Shown here: one piece after another, positions 36,772 to 45,771 of the stretch
Layout of the letters: each line of letters begins with the position of its first letter
How positions within the stretch are numbered: the first letter of the stretch is position 1
Assembly: GCA_022825665.1 (NCBI GenBank)
Contig: JAJDWI010000091.1
Coordinates: 7,160-71,159, forward strand
Direction of reading: 5' to 3'
Length of the DNA stretch: 64,000 bases
Origin: Candidatus Poribacteria bacterium
GTDB taxonomy: Bacteria; Poribacteria; WGA-4E; WGA-3G
Notes under the pieces: generated by a model
Databases searched by the model: none
What the model saw: only the letters and a program-made list of their open reading frames with translations
Told to the model about the DNA's origin: nothing
Made by a program: the position numbers and the translations under genes

Positions 36772-37878
36772 TTGCTAAATTTAGAACGAATCCAAAAAGC
36801 ACAGCAGAGAATGAAACAACAAAACATAGATGCATATCTTATTCTGACGCATGATGATTACATTTATTTTTTTGGAGAAGATCGTTATCAACCGAGGGCA
36901 ATTATTCCTGCAGAAGGTCAGCCAATTGTTGTAACGTTTTCTGGAGAGGAAGAAGAAGTCAGAGAATCATTAGGTGTTGAAGATGTCCGTATTTTCGGGT
37001 CAGTTGGACAACAAATAAAAGATGTAGTTCAGGTTATGCGACAAATGATTGGTAAGAAAGAGAAATTGACAATCGGTGTGCAGATGTGGTTTTCAACACC
37101 TGCTTTTCTGTTGAATATGTTTCAAAGAGCTAATCCTATGGTTAATGTTGTAGATATTGCTTCTGTAATGGATGAACTACGTATGGTGAAGGATGCCTCT
37201 GAGATAGCACTCATGCAGCGTGCTGCAGAAATTGCTGTCATTGGAATGGAGACAGCAGTAAAAACACTCAAAGCTGGTATCACTGAAAATGAAGTTGCAG
37301 CAGAGATAGAATATGCAATGCGAAAATCAGGGGGACATGGGGTTGCTACACCTGTATTCGTGAATTCGGGAATCCGTTCTGGATGGTTACACGGAACAGC
37401 ATCTGACAAAGTAATTGAGACAGGTGACCTCGTTGTTATTGATTTGGTGCCTCGTTACAAAGGTTATTGCGCGAATCTTTGTAGAACATTCGTTATTGGT
37501 GATCCGACGGTAAAACAGTTCAATATGTTTGAAACTTACAAAAGTGCCCAAGCAGCAGGGATTGAAGCCTTAAAACCAGGGACAAAGATGCGGGAAATTG
37601 ATGCTGTGGCAAAGCAAGTTTTCATTGAAAATGGTTACGGAGATTTCTACATTGCGGGTATTAGTCATAGCATTGGACTCAGTTTTGAGGAAACACCTGC
37701 TCCAACAATACATCCAGGGGATTCTGGTATTCAAATTTCAGATGGAATGACTGTTACTGTCGGACACCCGGTGTTATCTATCCCTGGAACTGGTGGTGTG
37801 CGATTGGAGGATACATTCCATATAACAAACGGGGCAGCACAGTCCTTGACAGTATTCCCTTCGGAATTAGTCCTATGA
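36772..37878 (+). CDS. M24-family Xaa-Pro peptidase / creatinase-fold metallopeptidase
   Basis: TTG start follows AGGAG. The N-terminus is creatinase-like (IDAYLILTHDDYIYFFG). The pita-bread metal-ligand context is present (VIDLVPRYKGYCANLCRTF, HSIGLSFEE, VRLEDTFHIT). Confidence 0.75.
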   Translation: MLNLERIQKAQQRMKQQNIDAYLILTHDDYIYFFGEDRYQPRAIIPAEGQPIVVTFSGEEEEVRESLGVEDVRIFGSVGQQIKDVVQVMRQMIGKKEKLTIGVQMWFSTPAFLLNMFQRANPMVNVVDIASVMDELRMVKDASEIALMQRAAEIAVIGMETAVKTLKAGITENEVAAEIEYAMRKSGGHGVATPVFVNSGIRSGWLHGTASDKVIETGDLVVIDLVPRYKGYCANLCRTFVIGDPTVKQFNMFETYKSAQAAGIEALKPGTKMREIDAVAKQVFIENGYGDFYIAGISHSIGLSFEETPAPTIHPGDSGIQISDGMTVTVGHPVLSIPGTGGVRLEDTFHITNGAAQSLTVFPSELVL

Positions 37879-37944
37879 AGAGGATGCAAAATTGATGTTA
37901 TACCATTTCGAAATAATAACTTCTCATTAACAAAAAACGCGTTC

Positions 37945-37967
37945 GTAGTCGCGCAATTCATTGCGCC
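37945..37967 (+). repeat. REP-like unit, inverted partial copy of the end block of composite repeats A and B
   Basis: GTAGTCGCGCAATTCATTGCGCC has GCGCAAT/ATTGCGC arms. Its reverse complement matches AATGAATTGCGCGACTAC at 18367-18384 and the similar block at 2986-3002. Confidence 0.65.
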
Positions 37968-38143
37968 TCTTATATTTGGCTTTATTAAAGTCTCAAAATG
38001 TCGTTTTATTTATTAGAATTGGTATTACTTGATTATCCATGAGTAGATGTCAGGTCTACCATGTTGACAACGTTGACAAAAAAGAAATGGCAATCAAGGA
38101 AACAATAATCCGTTCACTAATGATAGATAATTACTAACAAGAT

Positions 38144-38165
38144 GGGTGGTGAGATCCACCCCTAC
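38144..38165 (-). repeat. REP-like unit (hairpin plus CTAC)
   Basis: GGGTGG-tgagat-CCACCC followed by CTAC. Confidence 0.6.
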
Positions 38166-38262
38166 GATGTGTATTAGGTTGGTTTGATTAAGCAGATTAA
38201 TGCCTTAGATCGTACAATCTTTTTATGGAAAACTTGACGAAATTATTGTATACTATTACATC

Positions 38263-40065
38263 ATGTCAAATCAACTTCATCACATACGGAATTTTTGTAT
38301 TTTAGGACATATTGACCACGGTAAAAGCACATTAAGTGATAGACTCTTAGAGTGGACAAACACTCTTGCCGAAAGAGAGATGCGGGAACAGGTGCTTGAT
38401 TTAATGGACCTTGAACGCGAACGTGGTATCACTATTAAAGCGACCGCTGTAAAACTCCATTACCGTGCTGATGAAAAACTATATGAACTAAATTTGATTG
38501 ATACACCAGGACATGTGGATTTCACCTATGAAGTTTCTCGCAGTCTGGCTGCGTGTGAAGGTGCAATCTTAATTGTTGATGCTGCCCAAGGTGTTGAAGC
38601 ACAGACATTGGCAAACGCATATCTTGCCATTGAAAACAACCTTGAAATAATCCCAGTGATTAACAAAATTGATCTTCCTGCCGCCCAACCAGAAGAAGTT
38701 AAACGACAAATTGAAGAGGTAGTCGGTATCCCAGCAGAAGATGCTTTGTTAGTAAGTGCAAAAGCGGGGACAGGTATTCCCGCAATATTAGAAGCAATTG
38801 TCAACCGTGTCCCTGCACCCAAAGGTGATGCTGCAGCACCATTAAAAGCACTTGTATTGGATTCTGTCTACAACAATTATCGGGGTGTGATTATGTACAC
38901 TCGGATATTTGACGGAAATGTAGCACCAGGTGACAAAATACAGTTGATGCAGACAAAACGGACTTATGAAGTTGAAGAAGTTGGAATATTTACCCCTAAG
39001 ATGCAACCGACAACAGAACTCAAAACCGGTGCAGTAGGATATCTCATAGCAGGTATTCGGGATATTGATAACGCAAAAATTGGCGATACCATAACACATC
39101 ATTTACATCCAACTGAAACTCCTCTCCCTGGCTACCAAGAAATAAAACCGCTTGTTTTCAGTGGATTATATCCTTCCGATACAAACCAATTCAATGCTCT
39201 GCGTGAGGCACTTGATAAACTGCGTTTAAATGATGCCTCTTTTACCTTTGAACCTGAGACCTCTGTTGCCCTCGGTTTTGGGTTTCGTTGTGGCTTTTTA
39301 GGTTTATTGCATATGGAGATAATCCATGAACGGCTTGAACGGGAATTTGAACTTTCGCTTGTCCGTACTGCTCCCAGTGTCAAGTATCAGGTGTATCTAA
39401 AATCTGGAGAAAATGTATTCGTTGACAATCCCGCATATCTACCTGAAGTCCAACATATCGAACACATTGATGAACCGTATGTCAATATTGATATAATTGT
39501 TCCACGCGAATATATTGGTAATGCAATGGAACTTTGTCAGAAACGTCGGGGTGTATATAAGCGAATGAATCAGTTGGATGTAAGTCGTGTACAACTCCTT
39601 TATGAACTACCGTTGAGTGAAATGTTGGTTGACTTTTATCCAAAATTGAAATCACTCACCCGTGGATACGCATCGCTTGAATACGATATTGGAGAATACA
39701 AGACAGAGAACCTTGTAAAATTAGATGTACTACTTATGGGAAAACCTGTAGATGCACTTTCTACCATACTTCCACGTGAGATGGCTGAAACACGTGGTAA
39801 GAGTTTGGTGAATAAATTGAAAGAATTGATACCAAGACAGATGTTTGAGATTCCAATTCAAGCAGCAATAGGAAATAAGATTGTTGCACGTGAGTCAGTG
39901 AGAGCACTTCGGAAAAATGTAACCGCAAAATGTTATGGCGGGGATATAACCCGTAAACGTAAATTGTTGGAAAGACAGAAGGAAGGAAAGAAACGACTTA
40001 AACAGATCGGAAGTGTTGATGTCCCACAAGAGGCTTTCACAGCAATGTTAGCAACTGATGAGTAG
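38263..40065 (+). CDS. lepA: Elongation factor 4
   Basis: [35 protein letters not shown] and the conserved LepA C-terminal domain ([28 protein letters not shown]) are all present. Confidence 0.95.
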   Translation: MSNQLHHIRNFCILGHIDHGKSTLSDRLLEWTNTLAEREMREQVLDLMDLERERGITIKATAVKLHYRADEKLYELNLIDTPGHVDFTYEVSRSLAACEGAILIVDAAQGVEAQTLANAYLAIENNLEIIPVINKIDLPAAQPEEVKRQIEEVVGIPAEDALLVSAKAGTGIPAILEAIVNRVPAPKGDAAAPLKALVLDSVYNNYRGVIMYTRIFDGNVAPGDKIQLMQTKRTYEVEEVGIFTPKMQPTTELKTGAVGYLIAGIRDIDNAKIGDTITHHLHPTETPLPGYQEIKPLVFSGLYPSDTNQFNALREALDKLRLNDASFTFEPETSVALGFGFRCGFLGLLHMEIIHERLEREFELSLVRTAPSVKYQVYLKSGENVFVDNPAYLPEVQHIEHIDEPYVNIDIIVPREYIGNAMELCQKRRGVYKRMNQLDVSRVQLLYELPLSEMLVDFYPKLKSLTRGYASLEYDIGEYKTENLVKLDVLLMGKPVDALSTILPREMAETRGKSLVNKLKELIPRQMFEIPIQAAIGNKIVARESVRALRKNVTAKCYGGDITRKRKLLERQKEGKKRLKQIGSVDVPQEAFTAMLATDE

Positions 40066-40130
40066 CAGTATTTAAAAGTATAGAATATTTTCAACTAAAA
40101 TGTAAGTTTTTCGGCTATAGGAATTCTATC

Positions 40131-40883
40131 GTGATAAGTAAAAATCTAATTCATAGACAAAATACCAAACAAATTTTCTTCAGATTATCTCAATTCAAAG
40201 GCATAATCTTCACATTGATTTTCGTATTTGGTTTCTTCCGTCCATTTATTGTTGATGCCTATCATATTCCTTCTAGTTCAATGGAAGATACACTCCTTAT
40301 CGGTGATAGGGTCTTGGTTAGTAAGTGTATGTACGGTTTTAAATTACCCGGAACAGATATGAGGGTATTTGATTTCCACAAACCTGCACGCGGAGATGTG
40401 TTTGTTTTCATCCCACCACATCAGAGAAACCACCACTTCATCAAACGAGTTGTGGCAGTTGAAGGTGATACCGTCTTTACAAAAGGTAAATCACTCTATG
40501 TAAATGGACTAAGAGTTGATGAAAAGTATACTAAACACTTACCGAATAATCAATTTAGACAGAACTTTCCACCATTCCGTCAACCTGAATACCTACCTTC
40601 TGACAATATTTACAGTGATTGGACATTGACAGATAAGGAATTCAGAAATAAGTTTCCTGAAGGAAAACCTTATATTGTTCCTAAAGGGAAAGTATTTGCA
40701 ATGGGTGATAACCGAGATCTGAGTAGTGATAGCAGAACATGGGGACCTGTTGATGTGAAGGATATTAAAGGACAAGCATTTATGGTCTTATGGTCATCAG
40801 AACCCCAACCAGAGAATATATGGAAAGTGTGGAATATAGTAACAAACATACGATTTGATAGAATTGGTAAAATTATACGCTAA
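40131..40883 (+). CDS. lepB: Signal peptidase I, paralog 1
   Basis: GTG start and a TM anchor. Catalytic Ser box IPSSSMEDTLLIGD, Lys box FIKRVVAVEGD, and GDNRDLSSDSR are present. Confidence 0.85.
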   Translation: MISKNLIHRQNTKQIFFRLSQFKGIIFTLIFVFGFFRPFIVDAYHIPSSSMEDTLLIGDRVLVSKCMYGFKLPGTDMRVFDFHKPARGDVFVFIPPHQRNHHFIKRVVAVEGDTVFTKGKSLYVNGLRVDEKYTKHLPNNQFRQNFPPFRQPEYLPSDNIYSDWTLTDKEFRNKFPEGKPYIVPKGKVFAMGDNRDLSSDSRTWGPVDVKDIKGQAFMVLWSSEPQPENIWKVWNIVTNIRFDRIGKIIR

Positions 40884-40964
40884 TATTGAATATCATAGAT
40901 GAAATCAATAAAAGTACAAATCAATGAAGAAAGGGTTCCGCCATTGAAGCGGTGTTAACACATA

Positions 40965-41744
40965 ATGACTACTGAAAATGAATTATCATTTTGGCAAAGG
41001 ATACGTAAAACGGTTGTATGGGAATATACTCAAGTAATTGCTGTTGCACTCATCCTTGTTTTTGGGTTTATACGACCGTTCGTTGTTGAGGCATTCAAAA
41101 TTCCATCTGGTTCAATGGAGGACACACTCTTAATCGGTGACAGAATCTTGGTATGTAAGTTTATTTATGGATTCAAAATTCCAGGTACGGATATTCGGGT
41201 CTTTGATTTTCATAAACCAGCACGGGGTGATGTTTTCGTATTTATTCCACCACATGAAACTGACCGTAATTTTATTAAACGTATCGTAGCAGTGGAAGGA
41301 GATTCAGTATATACTGAAGGTAAAACACTATATGTCAATGGAGAAGCTGTTGACGATAGTAGTTTTACAAAATATGAAGAGGGACGTTATATAAGACGGA
41401 ATGATTTTCCTCCATTCAGGAAAACCGAGGATTATATGAAAAAGAATGACTTATACAAGGATTACACCATGATTGAAAATCAATTTAAACGCAGTTTCCC
41501 TGAAGGAAACCCTTTTACTGTTCCAAAAGGACATGTTTTTGCTATGGGAGACAACCGAGATCATAGCAGTGATAGCCGAACCTGGGGACCGGTCAAAATT
41601 GATAGAATTAAGGGACAGGCTTTCATGGTGTACTGGTCATTCAAAGATTCAAATGCAAAATTTTGGGAGGTGTGGAAGATGTTTGGCAATATACGGTACA
41701 GCCGAATAGGAAAGCTTATCCACACAGAAAATGGATCAAATTGA
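40965..41744 (+). CDS. lepB: Signal peptidase I, paralog 2
   Basis: IPSGSMEDTLLIGD, FIKRIVAVEGD and GDNRDHSSDSR are present. By eye it is roughly two-thirds identical to paralog 1 over the core. Confidence 0.85.
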   Translation: MTTENELSFWQRIRKTVVWEYTQVIAVALILVFGFIRPFVVEAFKIPSGSMEDTLLIGDRILVCKFIYGFKIPGTDIRVFDFHKPARGDVFVFIPPHETDRNFIKRIVAVEGDSVYTEGKTLYVNGEAVDDSSFTKYEEGRYIRRNDFPPFRKTEDYMKKNDLYKDYTMIENQFKRSFPEGNPFTVPKGHVFAMGDNRDHSSDSRTWGPVKIDRIKGQAFMVYWSFKDSNAKFWEVWKMFGNIRYSRIGKLIHTENGSN

Positions 41745-43678
41745 TGCATCAAGATAGTCGACACCTCATCATCGGTACTGCTGGACACGTAGACCACGGC
41801 AAAACAGCATTGGTTGGCACACTCACAGGTATTGAGACTGACCGACTAAAAGAAGAAAGAGAACGTGGTTTATCAATTGAATTGGGGTTCGCGTATTTTG
41901 ACCTTCCTGATAATACACGTGCAGGAATTGTGGATGTACCTGGACACGAGAAATTCATTCGGAACATGTTGTCTGGTGCTTATGGGATGGATATAGTTCT
42001 TTTTGTAGTTGATGCAAAAGAGGGTGTTCAGGAACAAACGCTTGAACATTTAGCAATTTTAGATTTACTTAACATCTCAAATGGCATTCTTGTCATGACG
42101 AAATCGGATTTAGCAAGCCGTGAAGAACTGGAAGAAGCAACGGAAATGACTCAAGAGATGCTTGTTGGGACATCGCTTGAAGGAATACCATCAGTCAGTG
42201 TATCCTCAATTACTGGTGATGGCATTGACACCTTAAAACGGATGATTGTTGAACAAGTAGACCTGGCTACGGAGGCTCAGGAACATGATGGAATACCAAG
42301 ATTGTATATTGATCGTGTATTCACTGTTCAGGGATTCGGAGTTGTGGTAACTGGAACGCTTATCGGAGGTGTTGTAAATAGGGACCAACGCATGGTTCTT
42401 CTTCCACAAGGTGATGTTGTGAGGGTGCGTGGTATTCAGGTACATAACGAACCTGCTCATGTTGCCCAAGCTGGTCAAAGGACTGCACTAAATTTATCTG
42501 GGACAACTGCTCAGAACATTCAACGTGGTGATGTGTTATGTCCTATTGAGTTTTCAAGCGTTACTGACAATATAGATGTATCGCTACAAGTGCTATCTTC
42601 ATTTCCAAGAATGCTTGAACATTGGGGTCGTTTTCGTGCATATCTGGGGACGCGTGAATTATTTTGTCGGTTAATCCTACTGGTTGATGAAGCAATTCTC
42701 CCAGGCGACAGTGTCCAAGTGCAGTTAAGATTGGAACAACCGATTTTGACGTTTCGGGGTGATCGTATCATCTTACGTGATTTTTCTGCACAACATACTG
42801 TGGGTGGCGGAGAAGTTATCAATCCGTTTGCACCAAAACACAAACGTTTCACACAAGAAACTATCTCAACTTTGGCACAATGGGAAGAAGCAGATGATTC
42901 GCAAGTCGTCAATGCAGTTTTAGAAAACAGTCCTACCCTCTGTGTGGAAGAGTCGTACCTTTATTACTATATGCCATATTCACAAGCAGAAGTCAAAAAC
43001 ATATTGAATACTTTAGAGACGGAAGAAAAGATTATCCGTTGGGACAAATCAGGCAGAACTCCGCTCGTTTCTGATGCTGCACGGACAAATGTTATTATTG
43101 ATAAACTGCTGTCTACTTTGGCGAACTTTCATGAAAAACAACCATTACTTGCAGGTCAAAATGCATCACAAATCAGTCGTGAAATTGGTGTGGATGAAGT
43201 TGGCTTTGAAAAACTTACGGAACAATTGATTAAATCAAAGCAATTAGTAAAAGATGGAAATCTGCTAAGGTTAGCATCACATGAAATCAAATTTTCTGAG
43301 GAAGAATCCACTGCTAAGGAAACTTTGGAAGCACTGTTTATCAATGCTGGTATTAATACCCCCGGATTTAATGAACTAAATACATTACTTCCAGAATATA
43401 CGCCTCAAGTGTTAGAATCTACGTTTTATGCACTATTAAATCTTGGACAGTTTATTAAGACATCGGATAACTTCTTTATTCATCGTGATGTATACGAAAA
43501 AATAAAAGACACATTGACAAAATATCTACATGAAAATGATACAATAACGGTTGGGGAATTTCGAGAACTTGCACAAACATCACGTAAATATGCTGTACCT
43601 TTTCTTGAATATTGTGACAGTCAAAATGTTACAGTTCGAGATGGGAATGTCCGCAGATTGTCATCAAGACAGAAGTAG
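41744..43678 (+). CDS. selB: Selenocysteine-specific translation elongation factor
   Basis: ATG at 41744 shares its A with the lepB stop (TGATG). G-domain motifs are [23 protein letters not shown] and TKSD. The long C-terminal winged-helix region is typical of SelB. tRNA(Sec) lies 41 nt downstream. Confidence 0.85.
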   Translation: MHQDSRHLIIGTAGHVDHGKTALVGTLTGIETDRLKEERERGLSIELGFAYFDLPDNTRAGIVDVPGHEKFIRNMLSGAYGMDIVLFVVDAKEGVQEQTLEHLAILDLLNISNGILVMTKSDLASREELEEATEMTQEMLVGTSLEGIPSVSVSSITGDGIDTLKRMIVEQVDLATEAQEHDGIPRLYIDRVFTVQGFGVVVTGTLIGGVVNRDQRMVLLPQGDVVRVRGIQVHNEPAHVAQAGQRTALNLSGTTAQNIQRGDVLCPIEFSSVTDNIDVSLQVLSSFPRMLEHWGRFRAYLGTRELFCRLILLVDEAILPGDSVQVQLRLEQPILTFRGDRIILRDFSAQHTVGGGEVINPFAPKHKRFTQETISTLAQWEEADDSQVVNAVLENSPTLCVEESYLYYYMPYSQAEVKNILNTLETEEKIIRWDKSGRTPLVSDAARTNVIIDKLLSTLANFHEKQPLLAGQNASQISREIGVDEVGFEKLTEQLIKSKQLVKDGNLLRLASHEIKFSEEESTAKETLEALFINAGINTPGFNELNTLLPEYTPQVLESTFYALLNLGQFIKTSDNFFIHRDVYEKIKDTLTKYLHENDTITVGEFRELAQTSRKYAVPFLEYCDSQNVTVRDGNVRRLSSRQK

Positions 43679-43719
43679 TCTGTAAAGTATATAATTATTT
43701 CATTTCTTAATCTAAATTT

Positions 43720-43813
43720 GGGGGAGGATAGGGTCTGGTGGCTCTACCGGTCTTCAAAACCGGCTTGTCCATGCAAGTGGATAGGTGGGTTCGATTCCCA
43801 CCCTCTCCCGCCA
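43720..43813 (+). tRNA. selC: tRNA-Sec (anticodon UCA)
   Basis: Hand fold gives an 8-bp acceptor stem, GGGGGAGG/CCTCTCCC, with one G-U pair. The D stem is 6 bp with a 4-nt loop (AGGGTC-TGGT-GGCTCT). The anticodon stem CCGGT/ACCGG carries the loop CTTCAAA, placing TCA at 43754-43756. There is a long variable arm. The 5-bp T stem GTGGG/CCCAC has the loop TTCGATT. The discriminator is G and CCA is encoded. This is the bacterial 8/5 tRNA(Sec) geometry. Confidence 0.9.
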
Positions 43814-43839
43814 TTAAATACTTTCCATTAAAGAACGTT

Positions 43840-44745
43840 ATGACAAATTCCCTTCCCTTAGTAAACCACAATACTATTGTCCGCAAACATCCCCCTTGGA
43901 TAAAGGCGCGTATACCCGGTGGTGGTAACTATGCTGAACTCAAATCACTTATGCGAGATCTTAAACTTCACACGGTATGTGAAGAAGCAAAGTGCCCTAA
44001 TATCGGTGAATGCTGGAACAGTCGAACTGCAACATTTATGATACTCGGTGATGTATGTACACGTAGGTGTATGTTCTGTGCGGTGAAGAAAGGCAAACCG
44101 GGTGGAATTGTGGATTCTGATGAACCACGAAGACTTGGAGAAGCAGTTGCACACCTGAAGTTAAACCATGTTGTAATAACTTCAGTTAACCGTGATGATC
44201 TTCCAGACGGTGGCGCAAGTATATTTGCAGAATGCATCAAAGAAGCACGAAAGCAACGTCCAAGTTGTTCAGTTGAGGTGCTTATTCCAGATTTAGAGGG
44301 AAATTGGGATGCCCTTGAAGTTATCGTTAATGCAGAACCTGAAGTGCTAAATCATAATACTGAAACAGTAAAACGTCTTTACCGTCGTTCCCGTCCTTAT
44401 GCTGATTATCAGCAGTCACTTACATTGTTGAAAACCAGTAAGAATTTGAATCCTGAAATAATCACAAAGTCAGGACTAATGGTTGGGTTAGGTGAGACAA
44501 TCATAGAATTATTAGAAACGATGCAGGATATTCGTGATTCTGAATGCGATATTCTTACTATCGGACAATATTTATCTCCATCCAAGCGTCACCTTCCAAT
44601 ACAGCGTTACTATACTCCAGAAGAATTTGATGAACTCAAAGAGATTGGGATTGAAATGGGATTTCATCATGTAGAATCAGGTCCATTGGTTCGAAGTTCC
44701 TATCACGCAGGTGAACAGGTGAATTCATCTGTATTGAAAAAGTAA
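43840..44745 (+). CDS. lipA: Lipoyl synthase
   Basis: ATG at 43840; the ORF-track start at 43738 runs through the tRNA. CEEAKCPNIGECW and the radical-SAM motif CTRRCMFCAV are present, with a C-terminal RSSYHA. Confidence 0.9.
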   Translation: MTNSLPLVNHNTIVRKHPPWIKARIPGGGNYAELKSLMRDLKLHTVCEEAKCPNIGECWNSRTATFMILGDVCTRRCMFCAVKKGKPGGIVDSDEPRRLGEAVAHLKLNHVVITSVNRDDLPDGGASIFAECIKEARKQRPSCSVEVLIPDLEGNWDALEVIVNAEPEVLNHNTETVKRLYRRSRPYADYQQSLTLLKTSKNLNPEIITKSGLMVGLGETIIELLETMQDIRDSECDILTIGQYLSPSKRHLPIQRYYTPEEFDELKEIGIEMGFHHVESGPLVRSSYHAGEQVNSSVLKK

Positions 44746-44961
44746 AAGTTGGAATCAATTGAGTTCCTACATTTTTTATATTAACTATTGTGTAGATAGT
44801 ACGGGACGCAATATTTTCTTTATCCAAAGAGTCATTGCATTAATTTGTATTTTTGTGCGATTTTTTCAATTAATGTGTTATACTGAATTATTGATTGACA
44901 AATAATTTAATATGATACATGAATGATAAAATAAACTTAAGAAACATTAAGGATATACAAA

Positions 44962-45771
44962 ATGATTCAAGTGATAGTCAATGGGGCATGTGGTCGTATG
45001 GGCAGACTAATTGCACGAGGTATTGCTCAACAAGACGATATGCAACTCGTTGGGGCAATAGAGTATCCATCACATCCTGAAATAGGAAGCGATATCGGTG
45101 TTGTTGCGGGTATAGGAGAACTTGGCATAATAATTACAAGTGACCTCAAAACTGTTATTAAAGAGGCAGATGTTGTCATTGAATTCTCTACACCTAATGC
45201 ATCGTTAAGTCATTTACGACAAGTGGTTGAGGCAGATAAGGCAATGGTACTTGCCACCACCGGTTTTAGTAATGAAGAATTATCCGAAGTGAAGGAACTT
45301 GCATCAAAGATAAAATGTGTCATGGCTCCTAACATGAGTCTTGGAGTTAATGTCATGATACAAGCACTTGAATTAATTGCAAAATCTCTCGGTGACGACT
45401 ACGATATTGAAGTTATAGAAGCACATCACAACCATAAAGCAGATTCTCCGAGTGGTACTGCCCTTAGACTCGCTGAAACCGTCGCAGCTGCGTTGGATCG
45501 CGATCTTGATGAAGTGGGTGTATATGGACGGCACGGAATTGTTGGTGCACGTCCAAAGAAACAGATTGGAATACATGCGATTCGTGGAGGTGACATCGCT
45601 GGTGACCACACTGTAATGTTCGCAACAGAAGGTGAGCAGCTAAGCGTGGTACATCGTGCCCATAGTCCTGAGGCATTTGCAAAAGGTGCTATTAGAGCTG
45701 CAAGGTGGGTGGTGAATGCACCAAGAGGATTACACGATGTTAGCGAAGTTCTTTTTGGTGATAAACAATAG
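44962..45771 (+). CDS. dapB: 4-hydroxy-tetrahydrodipicolinate reductase
   Basis: VNGACGRMGR is the NAD(P) fold. APNMSLGVN, EAHHNHKADSPSGTA and HRAHS are present. Confidence 0.9.
   Translation: MIQVIVNGACGRMGRLIARGIAQQDDMQLVGAIEYPSHPEIGSDIGVVAGIGELGIIITSDLKTVIKEADVVIEFSTPNASLSHLRQVVEADKAMVLATTGFSNEELSEVKELASKIKCVMAPNMSLGVNVMIQALELIAKSLGDDYDIEVIEAHHNHKADSPSGTALRLAETVAAALDRDLDEVGVYGRHGIVGARPKKQIGIHAIRGGDIAGDHTVMFATEGEQLSVVHRAHSPEAFAKGAIRAARWVVNAPRGLHDVSEVLFGDKQ

Noticed and set aside
38230-38265. Possible leaderless lepA mRNA (TTGACG and TA-rich hexamers immediately before the ATG)
   Set aside because: No hexamer pair has acceptable spacing: 9, 14 or 17 nt give poor -10 boxes. I could not support the call from sequence alone.
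41716-41724. Perfect DnaA-box consensus TTATCCACA
   Set aside because: It is a single isolated copy inside the lepB coding sequence. There is no cluster, no AT-rich unwinding element and no dnaA/dnaN nearby, so it is most likely a chance occurrence.
41663-41743. Upstream extension of selB
   Set aside because: It lies entirely inside the 3' end of the second lepB gene. The conserved G-domain begins right after the ATG at 41744, which overlaps the lepB stop.
43738-43839. N-terminal extension of lipA proposed by the ORF track (MALPVFKTGLSMQVDRWVRFPPSPAIKYFPLKNV)
   Set aside because: These codons are the body of tRNA(Sec) read in frame. The real lipA start is the ATG at 43840.
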